Numbered from the stretch's first letter, positions 1 to 8,315 are shown. The stretch: 20,000 bases of DNA from an uncultured virus (IMG/VR IMGVR_UViG_3300044808_000084) (IMGVR_UViG_3300044808_000084); one strand, 5' to 3'. Notes: a model not told the origin generated them from the sequence alone. Numbers and translations: made by a program.

Positions 1-2
1 CG

Positions 3-359
3 GTGGCTTCTACCTCGTCCAGTCGCCGGGATTCACAAAGCGGAGATAACGCAATGCGGCAAGGCTTGGGCTATCTGGATGAAGTTATCGCGGGCGGCTA
101 TCAACTCGGCCTCGTCGTGGATTCTTCGTCTGTCTTGGCCGCGAAGATTAAGGCTTGGGGCGGCACGTTGATCGTACAGGGCAACTCGCCGGACTTGGCC
201 GTGGCCGCTAAAAACTCACTTCGCTTTTCAGTGGCGAAATCAGCAGACGGTGCGTGGTATCGAATCATCGACCGCTTGGAGAAGTACGGAGACGGCGTTA
301 GCACTTATCTGTTGGTTGGCGGCGTGTTGTTGCTGGTCTTCATCCTGACAGGTAAATGA
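3..359 (+). CDS. Membrane protein with C-terminal hydrophobic anchor (probably 5'-truncated), putative virion membrane protein
   Basis: ORF runs from the window edge and ends in YLLVGGVLLLVFILTGK, a single TM helix; it is collinear with the structural module. Confidence 0.6.
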   Translation: MASTSSSRRDSQSGDNAMRQGLGYLDEVIAGGYQLGLVVDSSSVLAAKIKAWGGTLIVQGNSPDLAVAAKNSLRFSVAKSADGAWYRIIDRLEKYGDGVSTYLLVGGVLLLVFILTGK

Positions 360-405
360 TATTCATTCAGTCGCCGGGATTCTCTCGACGCGGAAGGTAG
401 GCGTT

Positions 406-1032
406 ATGGCAACCGTCAGGTATGGCGAAAGAAGCGAGAACGTCGGCAAGGTTCAAGCGGCCTTGAACGCGCAGCCAAGTGCCTACGGATTGCCGCGCCT
501 TGTCGTTGACAAAGCCTACGGCGCAATGACAGCGGAGGCGGTGAGGACGTTCCGCGCGATCAAAGGCTTGTCGGATTCGCGCGACGTGGACGAAACGACG
601 TGGATACTGCTCGGACTCGCTGGCGGTGTCAGTGGCGGCGCAGGCGCGGGCGTATCGGCAGGACTGATCACAGGAGGCGCAGGCGCGGGCGTTAACGTGG
701 GGAGCACTGGCAGCATCGCGCTCACAGTCGTTGACATGCTTGGACGCGCGAGCGTTGCGTATGTGGTGGGCGGCGCAACGCTGAACGTGATAGACACGGC
801 GGGGCGTTCGACGCAAGCGACGGCGGCGCAAGTAGTGAACGGAGCGCGAGCGGTTGGCGCAGGCGTGTCATACGCCGTTGACAGTGCGGGCAACATCACG
901 GCACGCGTCGGCACGTCGCTTGAAAATCTGTTGATGAGTTACGGAACGGCGTTCGGCTCATCGCTTGGGCTGTCGTTTCCAATTTTCGCCCTCGGCGCGG
1001 TGATTGTTTTGGTCTTCATCCTCGATAGATAG
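406..1032 (+). CDS. Peptidoglycan-binding-domain protein with Gly/Ala-rich linker and C-terminal TM anchor
   Basis: The N-terminus (VRYGERSENVGKVQAALN...VDKAYGAMTAEAVRTF...GLSDSRDVDETTW) fits the PG_binding_1 pattern; C-terminal TM FPIFALGAVIVLVFIL; purine-rich GGAAGG upstream. Confidence 0.75.
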   Translation: MATVRYGERSENVGKVQAALNAQPSAYGLPRLVVDKAYGAMTAEAVRTFRAIKGLSDSRDVDETTWILLGLAGGVSGGAGAGVSAGLITGGAGAGVNVGSTGSIALTVVDMLGRASVAYVVGGATLNVIDTAGRSTQATAAQVVNGARAVGAGVSYAVDSAGNITARVGTSLENLLMSYGTAFGSSLGLSFPIFALGAVIVLVFILDR

Positions 1033-1035
1033 GTT

Positions 1036-2589
1036 ATGAACGCACAAGTAGAAAACGGCAGACTCTTGCGAGGCGCGGCGCGGCTGATTAAACGCGGCGT
1101 GAAAGGTGCCGTCAAAGCGCGACGCAAGGCGAAGAAAGCGAAGGCGCAGCGCGCGGCGGCAGAGCGACGCGAGATCGCAGCGCAGCGGCGGGCAGAGGCG
1201 GCGCAACTCTCCAAGCTTTTCAAGCAGGACGCACAGGCACGGAAGGAGCGCGCGCGCGCAGAAGCGCAGGAACGAAGGCGGGCAGAGGGCGAGCAGCAGA
1301 GAGCGGAAGCCGCGCGCCGCAAGCGACTATTGGCCGAAAACAAAGCACAGCAGCGCGAGACGCGAATTGCAGAGCGCGAGAGGCAGCAGATCGCGGCGCA
1401 GCAGGAACGCGCACGCAAAAGCTACACAGGCCGGATGCGACGCCGCCCGACTTACACGCAAAGTTCTCTTGACGAGTGGGCGAGCTACTCCAACCCTTCC
1501 CGCGTCGAAACGGTTGACGCCAAGCGCGCACGCCAGTTGCTCAGGCTGAACGTCGGCAATCGCCCCGTTGACAAGTCGAAGGTGAAAGGCATCGCACAAG
1601 TGATGCGCTCCGGCATCTTCAAACGCACGAAGCCGATCACGTTCACCAACGGGCTACTCACTGACGGACAGCACACGCTGCTTGCGATCATCGAAAGCGG
1701 GAAGGCTCAGAAGTTGAAGATCGCGCACAAGACCGTAAAGGCCAACCCCGCGCTCGCGGCACTCATGCCCGCCGCCGTCGTTATCGGCGCAATCCCGGCC
1801 ATCCCCGGCGCGATTGACGTGGTGAAGAAGGGCTACAAGGCGATCAAAAAGCGCATGGAGAAAAACCCCGCGCTCTCCTTCGATGGTCTGAAAGTGGGCG
1901 AGTGGTTCCGCTTCACGAACTCTCGGAAGGTCTGCCAGAAAAAGAGCGCGCGGACTTACTACGACCCGGCAGAAGCGCAGCAGCAGGACGCGGCGGCGCG
2001 CATGTCGAGAAGTCGGCAGTTAAAGCAGAGCGCGGGCATGTTGACGGTTAGGAGCGGGCGCGTGGGCGTGGTGAGAGTGAAGGCTAACCCGGCGACGAAG
2101 GCGAAGCGTAACAAGGCCGCGCGCCGCCCGTCGAACGTCTCGAAGCTCTACAAGACGTTTCAGGGCGTGCCGAACAGCGGCGACGTTAAAAACTACTTCG
2201 TGCCGGAAGGTGCGCCCGCAGACCTCGCGCAACTCGGCAAGCTGGACTATCTGATTCTCGAAGACGGCCAGCGGGTGAACTTTACGAACAATCCGGCTGT
2301 GCTGTGCGCGAGCGGCGGCGGCACGCGGCAGAAGCTTTACATCGGGCTAAAGAAGCCTTACGCGGCGCCTAACGGCATGAAGGCGGGCGAAGCGCACAAC
2401 TTCGGCAAAGTTCACGAGATCGGCTACACGACGCCCAAGCCGCACCTCTACAAACGAGTTGACCCGATCAACTTCTATCACCACTTGGGAGAGGACACCG
2501 GACAGCGTCCGTCGCTCATCCTGAAAAACGGGCGGCTCGCTCTGCGCGGGCAAGCGGTTGAGATTCGCAGAGAAGGGATCGTCAACTAA
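1036..2589 (+). CDS. Basic multidomain protein: coiled coil, ParB/DGQH-like domain and C-terminal beta domain, separated by NP motifs
   Basis: R/K/A/Q-rich helical N-terminus; NRPVDKSKVKGIAQVMRSG...NGLLTDGQHTLLAI resembles ParB/DGQHR-type domains; NP at N153, N237, N277 and N351; stop overlaps the next ATG (TAATG). Confidence 0.7.
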   Translation: MNAQVENGRLLRGAARLIKRGVKGAVKARRKAKKAKAQRAAAERREIAAQRRAEAAQLSKLFKQDAQARKERARAEAQERRRAEGEQQRAEAARRKRLLAENKAQQRETRIAERERQQIAAQQERARKSYTGRMRRRPTYTQSSLDEWASYSNPSRVETVDAKRARQLLRLNVGNRPVDKSKVKGIAQVMRSGIFKRTKPITFTNGLLTDGQHTLLAIIESGKAQKLKIAHKTVKANPALAALMPAAVVIGAIPAIPGAIDVVKKGYKAIKKRMEKNPALSFDGLKVGEWFRFTNSRKVCQKKSARTYYDPAEAQQQDAAARMSRSRQLKQSAGMLTVRSGRVGVVRVKANPATKAKRNKAARRPSNVSKLYKTFQGVPNSGDVKNYFVPEGAPADLAQLGKLDYLILEDGQRVNFTNNPAVLCASGGGTRQKLYIGLKKPYAAPNGMKAGEAHNFGKVHEIGYTTPKPHLYKRVDPINFYHHLGEDTGQRPSLILKNGRLALRGQAVEIRREGIVN

Positions 2590-2825
2590 TGAAAACCGAA
2601 ACGTGGATCATCCTGGGCGTTGTCGCGCTCCTCATTCTGAACAACAAACAGGAGACGACGGCGACGGCAGCAACGACGACGGGCGGCGCGGCGAACATGT
2701 TCCGCGCGGACGGCAGCACAGGGCGCACGCTAATCAACCCCGGCGCACGTATTGACAAGACGGAATTACAGGCGGGGCGTTTGCCGCTGCCGACATTCTA
2801 CGCGCGCACGGATGGATCGTTTTAA
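2589..2825 (+). CDS. Small membrane protein with N-terminal TM helix
   Basis: WIILGVVALLIL hydrophobic stretch; translationally coupled to the upstream ORF via TAATG. Confidence 0.65.
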   Translation: MKTETWIILGVVALLILNNKQETTATAATTTGGAANMFRADGSTGRTLINPGARIDKTELQAGRLPLPTFYARTDGSF

Positions 2826-2831
2826 TTGTGA

Positions 2832-2945
2832 ATGGACACGACAACTAAAGCCGCTTTGATTGCTCTGTGTGCGTGCGCTCGTCGCGCGCTGCTAATGATC
2901 GCAGGCGGGATTGATGAGTTTGTAAAAGTTTTGAAAGCTGAATAA
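2832..2945 (+). CDS. 37-aa small protein (not in ORF track)
   Basis: Manual translation MDTTTKAALIALCACARRALLMIAGGIDEFVKVLKAE*; starts 6 nt after the previous stop and fills the gap before the terminator. Confidence 0.45.
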   Translation: MDTTTKAALIALCACARRALLMIAGGIDEFVKVLKAE

Positions 2946-2996
2946 GGCCACACGGTTTTAATAAATCGTCTCGCCGTCGTTGGGAAGGCTACACGC

Positions 2997-3034
2997 GCCG
3001 CCGCGTCTCGTCTTTCGAGCGGCGGCTTTTTTTT
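2997..3034 (+). terminator. Intrinsic (Rho-independent) terminator
   Basis: GCCGCCGC (2997-3004) and GCGGCGGC (3019-3026) form an 8-bp stem followed by T8 (3027-3034). Confidence 0.75.
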
Positions 3035-3114
3035 ATTTGCACTCATTCGAGTGGAACGGCGGCGACCACAGCCGCACATCAGCAACCGCTAATGAGCGGC
3101 AAGGGAGCAAGTCA

Positions 3115-3819
3115 ATGGCACGACAAATCAAGCGCAACAGAGCGGGAGTCGCGCGGGTGCATAACCCCAAATTCCCCCTCGCGCTGCAAACGAAAGGAAC
3201 AAACAAAGTGGCTGCAAAAGCAAGCAATCCGAAACGCAGAAAGAAAAGCCGCCGCCGCAACTCGACCAAACCGGCAGCGGCCACGTCCGCGCGGCGCAAC
3301 CCGACGCGCACCGTCCGCGCCGCCGCCAAGAATCCGGCGAAGCGCGCGGCCAATCCCCGCCGTCGTCGCACAGGCTCGAAGCGCGGGCGTCGCAACCCGT
3401 TCCGCAACGGTCTGAGCAAGTTGGCCGTGGGCGACTTCGGCATTAAGGACATTCTCGGCGTGGCGGCGGGTGCGATGGGTTCACAGATTATCGTCAACGC
3501 TCTGCCGCTCGGCACGCCGGGATCGTGGCTCAACATCGGTGAACAACTCGGCATCGCCTACGCGGTTTCGAAGTTCGCCCCGCGCTCGATTCGCAAGAGC
3601 ATGACAGCCGGTGCGCTGGCCGCGCCCGCCGTCGCCATCGTGAACAAACTCGTTCCGAATTTGCAATCGAAGATTCAGTCCTATCTGCCGCAGGTCAACC
3701 TACTCGGCAGCGGCGCGGCGGCGAGCGGCGCAGGCATCGCGGGCTTGGTGGACTATCGCCCATACCCCGGCATGTCCGGACTCGTGGACGTTGCCGCAGG
3801 CTCGCCCGCTTACTACTAA
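3115..3819 (+). CDS. Arg/Lys-rich NP-repeat protein with hydrophobic C-terminal half (putative DNA-condensing/membrane core protein)
   Basis: ATG 3115 follows RBS AAGGGAG (the ORF-track start at 2980 would cross the terminator); motifs VHNP, ASNP, RRNP, AKNP, AANP, RRNP; hydrophobic Gly/Ala helices follow; immediately upstream of the putative capsid gene. Confidence 0.7.
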   Translation: MARQIKRNRAGVARVHNPKFPLALQTKGTNKVAAKASNPKRRKKSRRRNSTKPAAATSARRNPTRTVRAAAKNPAKRAANPRRRRTGSKRGRRNPFRNGLSKLAVGDFGIKDILGVAAGAMGSQIIVNALPLGTPGSWLNIGEQLGIAYAVSKFAPRSIRKSMTAGALAAPAVAIVNKLVPNLQSKIQSYLPQVNLLGSGAAASGAGIAGLVDYRPYPGMSGLVDVAAGSPAYY

Positions 3820-3900
3820 ACCCGGCGCGGAAGGCTCGCGTCTTCCGTTCGCCATTGAAGCGCGTGCTAGGGAAAACCGGCCACGCGCGGGAGAAACAAA

Positions 3901-4635
3901 ATGGCAGATTTAGGAATGTTCGACTGGCGCAGACCGGACGGCTTTTATGAGCGCAAATCGCTCGAATCGCTCGACGGAATCAGCGCGCAGCAATACAACC
4001 AGATGTTCAAAGGCCAGATTAAGGGCGCGTCGGATCACATCAGATTCGACACGCTCTCTATCGTCGCTGGCACGGCGGTTGGTCTGACCGAAAAAAGCCT
4101 CTTCACCGTTCCCGTCAACACCAACGGAACGACGGCGGACGGCGGCACGACCTACAAGAAAGATCGCGCCGACACCAACATGAGAGTCGCCAATGAGATG
4201 GAGAGCGGCAACGTTCTCATCGTGGAGTCTTTTCAGGTGGAGGCGTTCGTCCCTTCGGCCATCGCCACCGCCGACACGCGCAACCGCATCACCGACCCGA
4301 CCGCCGTGGCGGGCGCGACGCTCTCCCCGACCCTGAACCTCCTTCCTATCCTCCGCGACTCGTGGATTGACTTCAAGATCGGAGATCGCACGGTGCTCGA
4401 AGGCCGTCCGATTGACTTCCCGCAGGCGGGCGGCATTTCGGGTTTCGGCGGCGGCGTGGAAGACGGCGGCGCGCAGAACGGACCCGGCTTCGCCAAGTAT
4501 CTGCGCGAAGTTGTCGTGCTCGGTCCCGGCATTCAGTTCTACATCACGTGGACGCCGTTCATCAACACCACGCCGACGCTCGACATCAACCTCGTCTTCA
4601 AGCTCGCGGGCGTGCGCCTGCGGCCTGTCGGCTAA
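3901..4635 (+). CDS. Putative single jelly-roll major capsid protein
   Basis: 244 aa with alternating beta-strand patterns (RFDTLSI, LFTVP, DTNM, LIVESFQV, WIDFKIG, QFYITW, LVFKLAGVRLRPV); RBS GGGAG; located at the head of the structural block. The fold is an inference. Confidence 0.6.
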   Translation: MADLGMFDWRRPDGFYERKSLESLDGISAQQYNQMFKGQIKGASDHIRFDTLSIVAGTAVGLTEKSLFTVPVNTNGTTADGGTTYKKDRADTNMRVANEMESGNVLIVESFQVEAFVPSAIATADTRNRITDPTAVAGATLSPTLNLLPILRDSWIDFKIGDRTVLEGRPIDFPQAGGISGFGGGVEDGGAQNGPGFAKYLREVVVLGPGIQFYITWTPFINTTPTLDINLVFKLAGVRLRPVG

Positions 4636-4680
4636 TCAGCGCAGACGGCGCGAACAACACAGAAAAGGAGAAGCAAGGCA

Positions 4681-4887
4681 ATGGCTAAAGTGAAATTGAG
4701 CACCGGGCGCGAGGTTGACACGGACAAAATCCTGACACATCGCAATCTCGGTCCCTACGTCGAAATCCAGATGAAGACCGGAGACGAGCGCGTGACGGAC
4801 GACATCAACGTGAGTTTTGACGACTGGAAGATGATCGCAGATGCGCGCGAGCAGAAGGCGGAGCAAGCCGCGCAAGCGGGCGCATAA
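4681..4887 (+). CDS. Small hypothetical protein (68 aa)
   Basis: RBS AAAGGAG upstream; in operon order. Confidence 0.65.
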   Translation: MAKVKLSTGREVDTDKILTHRNLGPYVEIQMKTGDERVTDDINVSFDDWKMIADAREQKAEQAAQAGA

Positions 4888-4958
4888 CAGCAACGCAGAT
4901 TTCCCGCGCTTGATGAGTGTTGAGCCTGACGGCGCGGGCGCAGTTTCGAAGGTGTGTA

Positions 4959-5702
4959 ATGGCTAACGAAAAAGTAGGGCGTTGCTTCTGGCTTCCCGTC
5001 GCCGTTCCGTTGACCTCAACGGTCAACGAAGTGCAAACGGGAATGTCGCCGGAAGCGAAGGAAAATTTGCGAATCGTCGCCGCGCTCACCAACCTCTCTG
5101 TCTCGTCGGCTAAGGTGCGGGACCTGTCGGGCGCGGTTAACGTGGCGAATGAATATCTCCCCCTGCTCTCCATGTTCGGCAAGCGCGGCTCTCCGCGCCC
5201 CGCGTTCTACTACCCCGTTCCGCTGCCGCTCAAGTTCGGCAACCGCATCGAAGTGGAACTAAAGAACGCGGCAGTGGGCGCAGAGGCGGCGGGGCACGCT
5301 GTTTTTATCGGTCTACCAGAAGAAGCCGAACAGGGAACGATCACGGACATCGAACAGCGCGGCAATCCTTCCGGCTTCTCGCTGGACGCGGGCTTGTCGG
5401 GCGTGGCAAATGAAATCACCACGAAAACGTCAACCGAGTTGGATCGAGACTTCATCATCCACGGCGCGTTCACTGACTTACAAAGCGCACAGGTAAGAAT
5501 AACCGGCGTGCGCGGCGAACAGTGGATGAGCGACTTTACGCCGGTTTGGGGCTTGGCCGGCCGCGCGACTGACGACATCCCAACCTTTTACTGGCCGCGT
5601 CGCTACCTCATCCCCAAAGGCTCGACCATCACAGTTGACTTCAAAAACGTGGGAGCGGAAGCGGCGGGCTTGAAACTCTTCTTCGTGGGGCAAAAATTAT
5701 GA
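4959..5702 (+). CDS. Internally duplicated beta-rich protein (putative double jelly-roll capsid/minor capsid protein)
   Basis: ATG 4959 preferred as start. The two ~125-aa halves align: PAFYYPVPLPLKFGNRIEVELKNAAVGAEAAGHAVFIG vs PTFYWPRRYLIPKGSTITVDFKNVGAEAAGLKLFFVG. Confidence 0.65.
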   Translation: MANEKVGRCFWLPVAVPLTSTVNEVQTGMSPEAKENLRIVAALTNLSVSSAKVRDLSGAVNVANEYLPLLSMFGKRGSPRPAFYYPVPLPLKFGNRIEVELKNAAVGAEAAGHAVFIGLPEEAEQGTITDIEQRGNPSGFSLDAGLSGVANEITTKTSTELDRDFIIHGAFTDLQSAQVRITGVRGEQWMSDFTPVWGLAGRATDDIPTFYWPRRYLIPKGSTITVDFKNVGAEAAGLKLFFVGQKL

Positions 5703-6184
5703 ATGACACCGGACAAGCCATCGTCGCCATAGCCCAACTCGCGGAGGCACCCGTTGGCTTGGTACGACATTGTATTGCGGACGTTCGGATCACAGGCATC
5801 GCGGACGTGCAAGAGTTCTACGGCGACACCTTCATCGTACCGGACGGCAAGGTGCTTGTCGTCACGCGGATTAACCTCTGGACGCTATACAGGAGCGACG
5901 CTCAGGGTCTCAACTTCACGGCGCAAGAGTTGACGGACTCACTCGGTGTTATAGGGAATCTCCGCATTTCACACAACAACACGATCATCGAACCGGCTAC
6001 TAATTATCACGCCTGCGTTGGCGACGTGTTGAAGGTATATCCGGCTGGCACGGTCAAGATCGATGTTGCCCCGACAGAAGGAACGGCGGAATACACCCTT
6101 GTGGTTTACGTGCGCTTGCACGGCTTTCTACTTCCCGCCGCGTATGAAGCGAACCTACGCCGCTTTGAGACAAGGAGACTGTAG
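5699..6184 (+). CDS. Putative penton/vertex single jelly-roll protein
   Basis: ATGA overlap with the previous gene; beta-rich, with FIVPDGKVLVVTRINL and C-terminal YVRLHGFLL resembling jelly-roll strands. Function inferred from context. Confidence 0.5.
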   Translation: MNDTGQAIVAIAQLAEAPVGLVRHCIADVRITGIADVQEFYGDTFIVPDGKVLVVTRINLWTLYRSDAQGLNFTAQELTDSLGVIGNLRISHNNTIIEPATNYHACVGDVLKVYPAGTVKIDVAPTEGTAEYTLVVYVRLHGFLLPAAYEANLRRFETRRL

Positions 6185-6186
6185 AC

Positions 6187-6615
6187 ATGGCGCGGGAAAC
6201 ATTCCTCAGACTGAAACAAGTGTGGCAACTCGGCATCGCCATTATGGCGAGCGGCCAGAATCCTGACGGCACGGACTACACGTTGCCCGTCTCCGTCTCC
6301 GGCACAAGCTCTCCGGCTGTCACCGCCACGGAAGTTGCGAGCGGCGCGGGCGACGCGGCGGCGATTGTAGCCACGCCCGGTTTGCGCCTCCTGGGCTTCA
6401 CCATCACGGACAGCGGCGGCGTGGACATTGCGAAAGCGGCCATCCGAAACGGCACTACAGCCGCCGATCCGGTTATCGCGCGCGGCTCTGCCGACATTGA
6501 CGAAAGCCGCGACTACATCATACCGGGCGGCGGCGTGCCCTGCGCGGCGGGCGTCTTCGTTGATCGCAATGGCGGCACTTCCACCATCACACTTTACACG
6601 GCGGTCATTTCGTAA
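6187..6615 (+). CDS. Small beta-rich virion protein (putative vertex/spike base)
   Basis: PGLRLLGFTIT...AAIRNGT...GGVPCAAGVFV...TITLY pattern recalled from small phage beta-sandwich proteins; coupled to the next gene by TAATG. Confidence 0.55.
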   Translation: MARETFLRLKQVWQLGIAIMASGQNPDGTDYTLPVSVSGTSSPAVTATEVASGAGDAAAIVATPGLRLLGFTITDSGGVDIAKAAIRNGTTAADPVIARGSADIDESRDYIIPGGGVPCAAGVFVDRNGGTSTITLYTAVIS

Positions 6616-7517
6616 TGAAAAAGCTACTTTCAATCATCGCGCTACTCTTCATCGTCGCGCCCGTCGCCAGTCCGCAGAGCACGGCGACGCGGCGGCGTCC
6701 TGTTACCTTCGCCAACCTCGGCACGCCCACGGACGGCAACACGCGCTACTGTTCGGACTGTGCGCCGACCGCGCCGTGTACAGGTGGCGGCTCAGGTGCC
6801 ATCGCGGAGCGCGTGGCGGGCGCGTGGAACTGCAACACAGGCGCGCCGGGGCAAGCGGCGGACTCAGACCTAACCGCCATCGCTGTGCTCTCCCCTTCGA
6901 ATGACGACATCATTCAGCGCAAAAGCGGCGCGTGGACAAACCGGACAATCGCCCAACTTAAGGCCGATCTCGCGCTCGCCTCAACGAACTCTCCAACCTT
7001 TGCGAGCCTGACTCTCACGGCGGGATTGACGACGGACACGACCACGCTTGTAGTTGACGCAACGAATGATCGCGTCGGCATCGGCATTGCAAGCCCCGTC
7101 AGTAAGCTGCAAATTTTAGGCTCTGGCGCGGCGGGCGGCGCGGGCGATGCGACGATGCGACTATCGCGCAATGTCACCGGACACGCCGCGCTCGTTTCGA
7201 TGGACACGAGCACCGTGGCGACCGCCGCCGATCCTGAATACATCATGGGGAAGGTGGCGAACGAAAACGGCTTTTCTATCTCCACTTGGGACGGCAGCGC
7301 GTTGACGAAAAGATTAGAGTTGACGACGACGGGCAGCACGGTTGCCGGAGCACCCGCCGCGCTCGCCACTACCGCGACGGACGGCTTTCTGTACATCCCT
7401 ACTACTGCCGGAACGCCAACGGGAATTCCAACCTCTGTAACTGGAAAGGTAGCGATGGTCTACAACACGGCGGGCAATCAGTTGTGCGTCTACAACGCGG
7501 GTTGGCGTTGCTTCTAA
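6615..7517 (+). CDS. Putative spike/receptor-binding protein with N-terminal signal peptide
   Basis: MKKLLSIIALLFIVAPVASPQ Sec-type signal; Cys cluster YCSDC..PC...WNC; fiber-like segments DSDLTAIA, VDATNDRVGIGIASPVSKLQI and GKVAMVYNTAGNQLCVYNAGW. Confidence 0.65.
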   Translation: MKKLLSIIALLFIVAPVASPQSTATRRRPVTFANLGTPTDGNTRYCSDCAPTAPCTGGGSGAIAERVAGAWNCNTGAPGQAADSDLTAIAVLSPSNDDIIQRKSGAWTNRTIAQLKADLALASTNSPTFASLTLTAGLTTDTTTLVVDATNDRVGIGIASPVSKLQILGSGAAGGAGDATMRLSRNVTGHAALVSMDTSTVATAADPEYIMGKVANENGFSISTWDGSALTKRLELTTTGSTVAGAPAALATTATDGFLYIPTTAGTPTGIPTSVTGKVAMVYNTAGNQLCVYNAGWRCF

Positions 7518-7518
7518 T

Positions 7519-8019
7519 ATGATTCTTTCGGCCTCACAACTTCAAAGCGTGTTGAGACAGGCGGGCTGGCCTGAGTCTCTTATTGTAACAATGACTGCCA
7601 TCGGTCTTGCGGAGTCGTCCGGCAACACGACCGCGCTCAACGCAAGAGGCGAGCACAGTGTTGGCCTCTTCCAGATCAACATGAACGCGCACGGCACGCG
7701 CTTCGGAACACAGGCTCAGTTATACGACCCTCTAACGAACGCGCGAGCGGCTCTAACGCTTTACAACGAGCGGCAGCGCGAGGGAAAGCGAAACGGACTC
7801 ACGCACTGGGGCGCATTCACTGACGGCCGCTACAGACAATATCTCTCCGCAAGTCAGGCAGCCTACAACGCCATCAGCGGAGCGGCGGGCGCGGCTTCGA
7901 ACTTCGTCAACAACGCGACGGGCGCGGCGGCGAACTTCATGGACGACGATCAAGCACTCGGCGGCATGGCGGGAATCTTCCTGCTCGGCTTGGGGTTGAT
8001 AATTTTGCTGCGAAGGTGA
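7519..8019 (+). CDS. Lytic transglycosylase (lysozyme-like/SLT fold) with C-terminal TM anchor
   Basis: Catalytic motif AIGLAESSG, GLFQIN, LYDPLTNARAA and HWGAF; Ala-rich linker, then TM GIFLLGLGLIILLRR. Confidence 0.8.
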   Translation: MILSASQLQSVLRQAGWPESLIVTMTAIGLAESSGNTTALNARGEHSVGLFQINMNAHGTRFGTQAQLYDPLTNARAALTLYNERQREGKRNGLTHWGAFTDGRYRQYLSASQAAYNAISGAAGAASNFVNNATGAAANFMDDDQALGGMAGIFLLGLGLIILLRR

Positions 8020-8029
8020 CAACAACAAC

Positions 8030-8311
8030 ATGGACACAACGACTTATCAAATTCTGAAAAACGTCGCCGGATCGCTCGTGCGTGCGGCACTCGTCGCGCT
8101 CGGCACTTGGCTCTTGTCGAAGGGCTACATTGACGACGAGACGCGCGGGCAGATCAACGGACACGCCGGAGAAATCACGGCGGGCGTGTTGACGGTTGGC
8201 GCATCCCTCGCGTGGGCGGCATGGCAAAAGATTCACGTCAACAAGAAAGTGGACAAAGCACTCGACATGCCCGCTGGCACTTCGCGCGAGTCGTTGGAAA
8301 AAGCAAACTAA
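8030..8311 (+). CDS. Putative holin (two TM helices; resembles Pam3-gp28-like holins)
   Basis: SLVRAALVALGTWLLSKGYID...AGVLTVGASLAWAAWQK with a charged C-tail; adjacent to the muralytic enzyme. Confidence 0.65.
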   Translation: MDTTTYQILKNVAGSLVRAALVALGTWLLSKGYIDDETRGQINGHAGEITAGVLTVGASLAWAAWQKIHVNKKVDKALDMPAGTSRESLEKAN

Positions 8312-8315
8312 GATT

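Noticed and set aside
634..693. Direct repeat encoding GGAGAGV twice
   Set aside because: Ordinary Gly/Ala linker duplication within a CDS.
2980..3114. Upstream start for the NP-repeat protein
   Set aside because: It would cross an intrinsic terminator; ATG 3115 has a clear RBS.
3826..3888. Two short hairpins upstream of the capsid RBS
   Set aside because: 7-bp stems in GC-rich DNA with no U-tract; plausible mRNA stabilisers but too weak to call.
2832..8044. Shared MDTTT N-terminus of the 37-aa ORF and the holin
   Set aside because: Five residues with different codons and no further similarity; probably coincidence.
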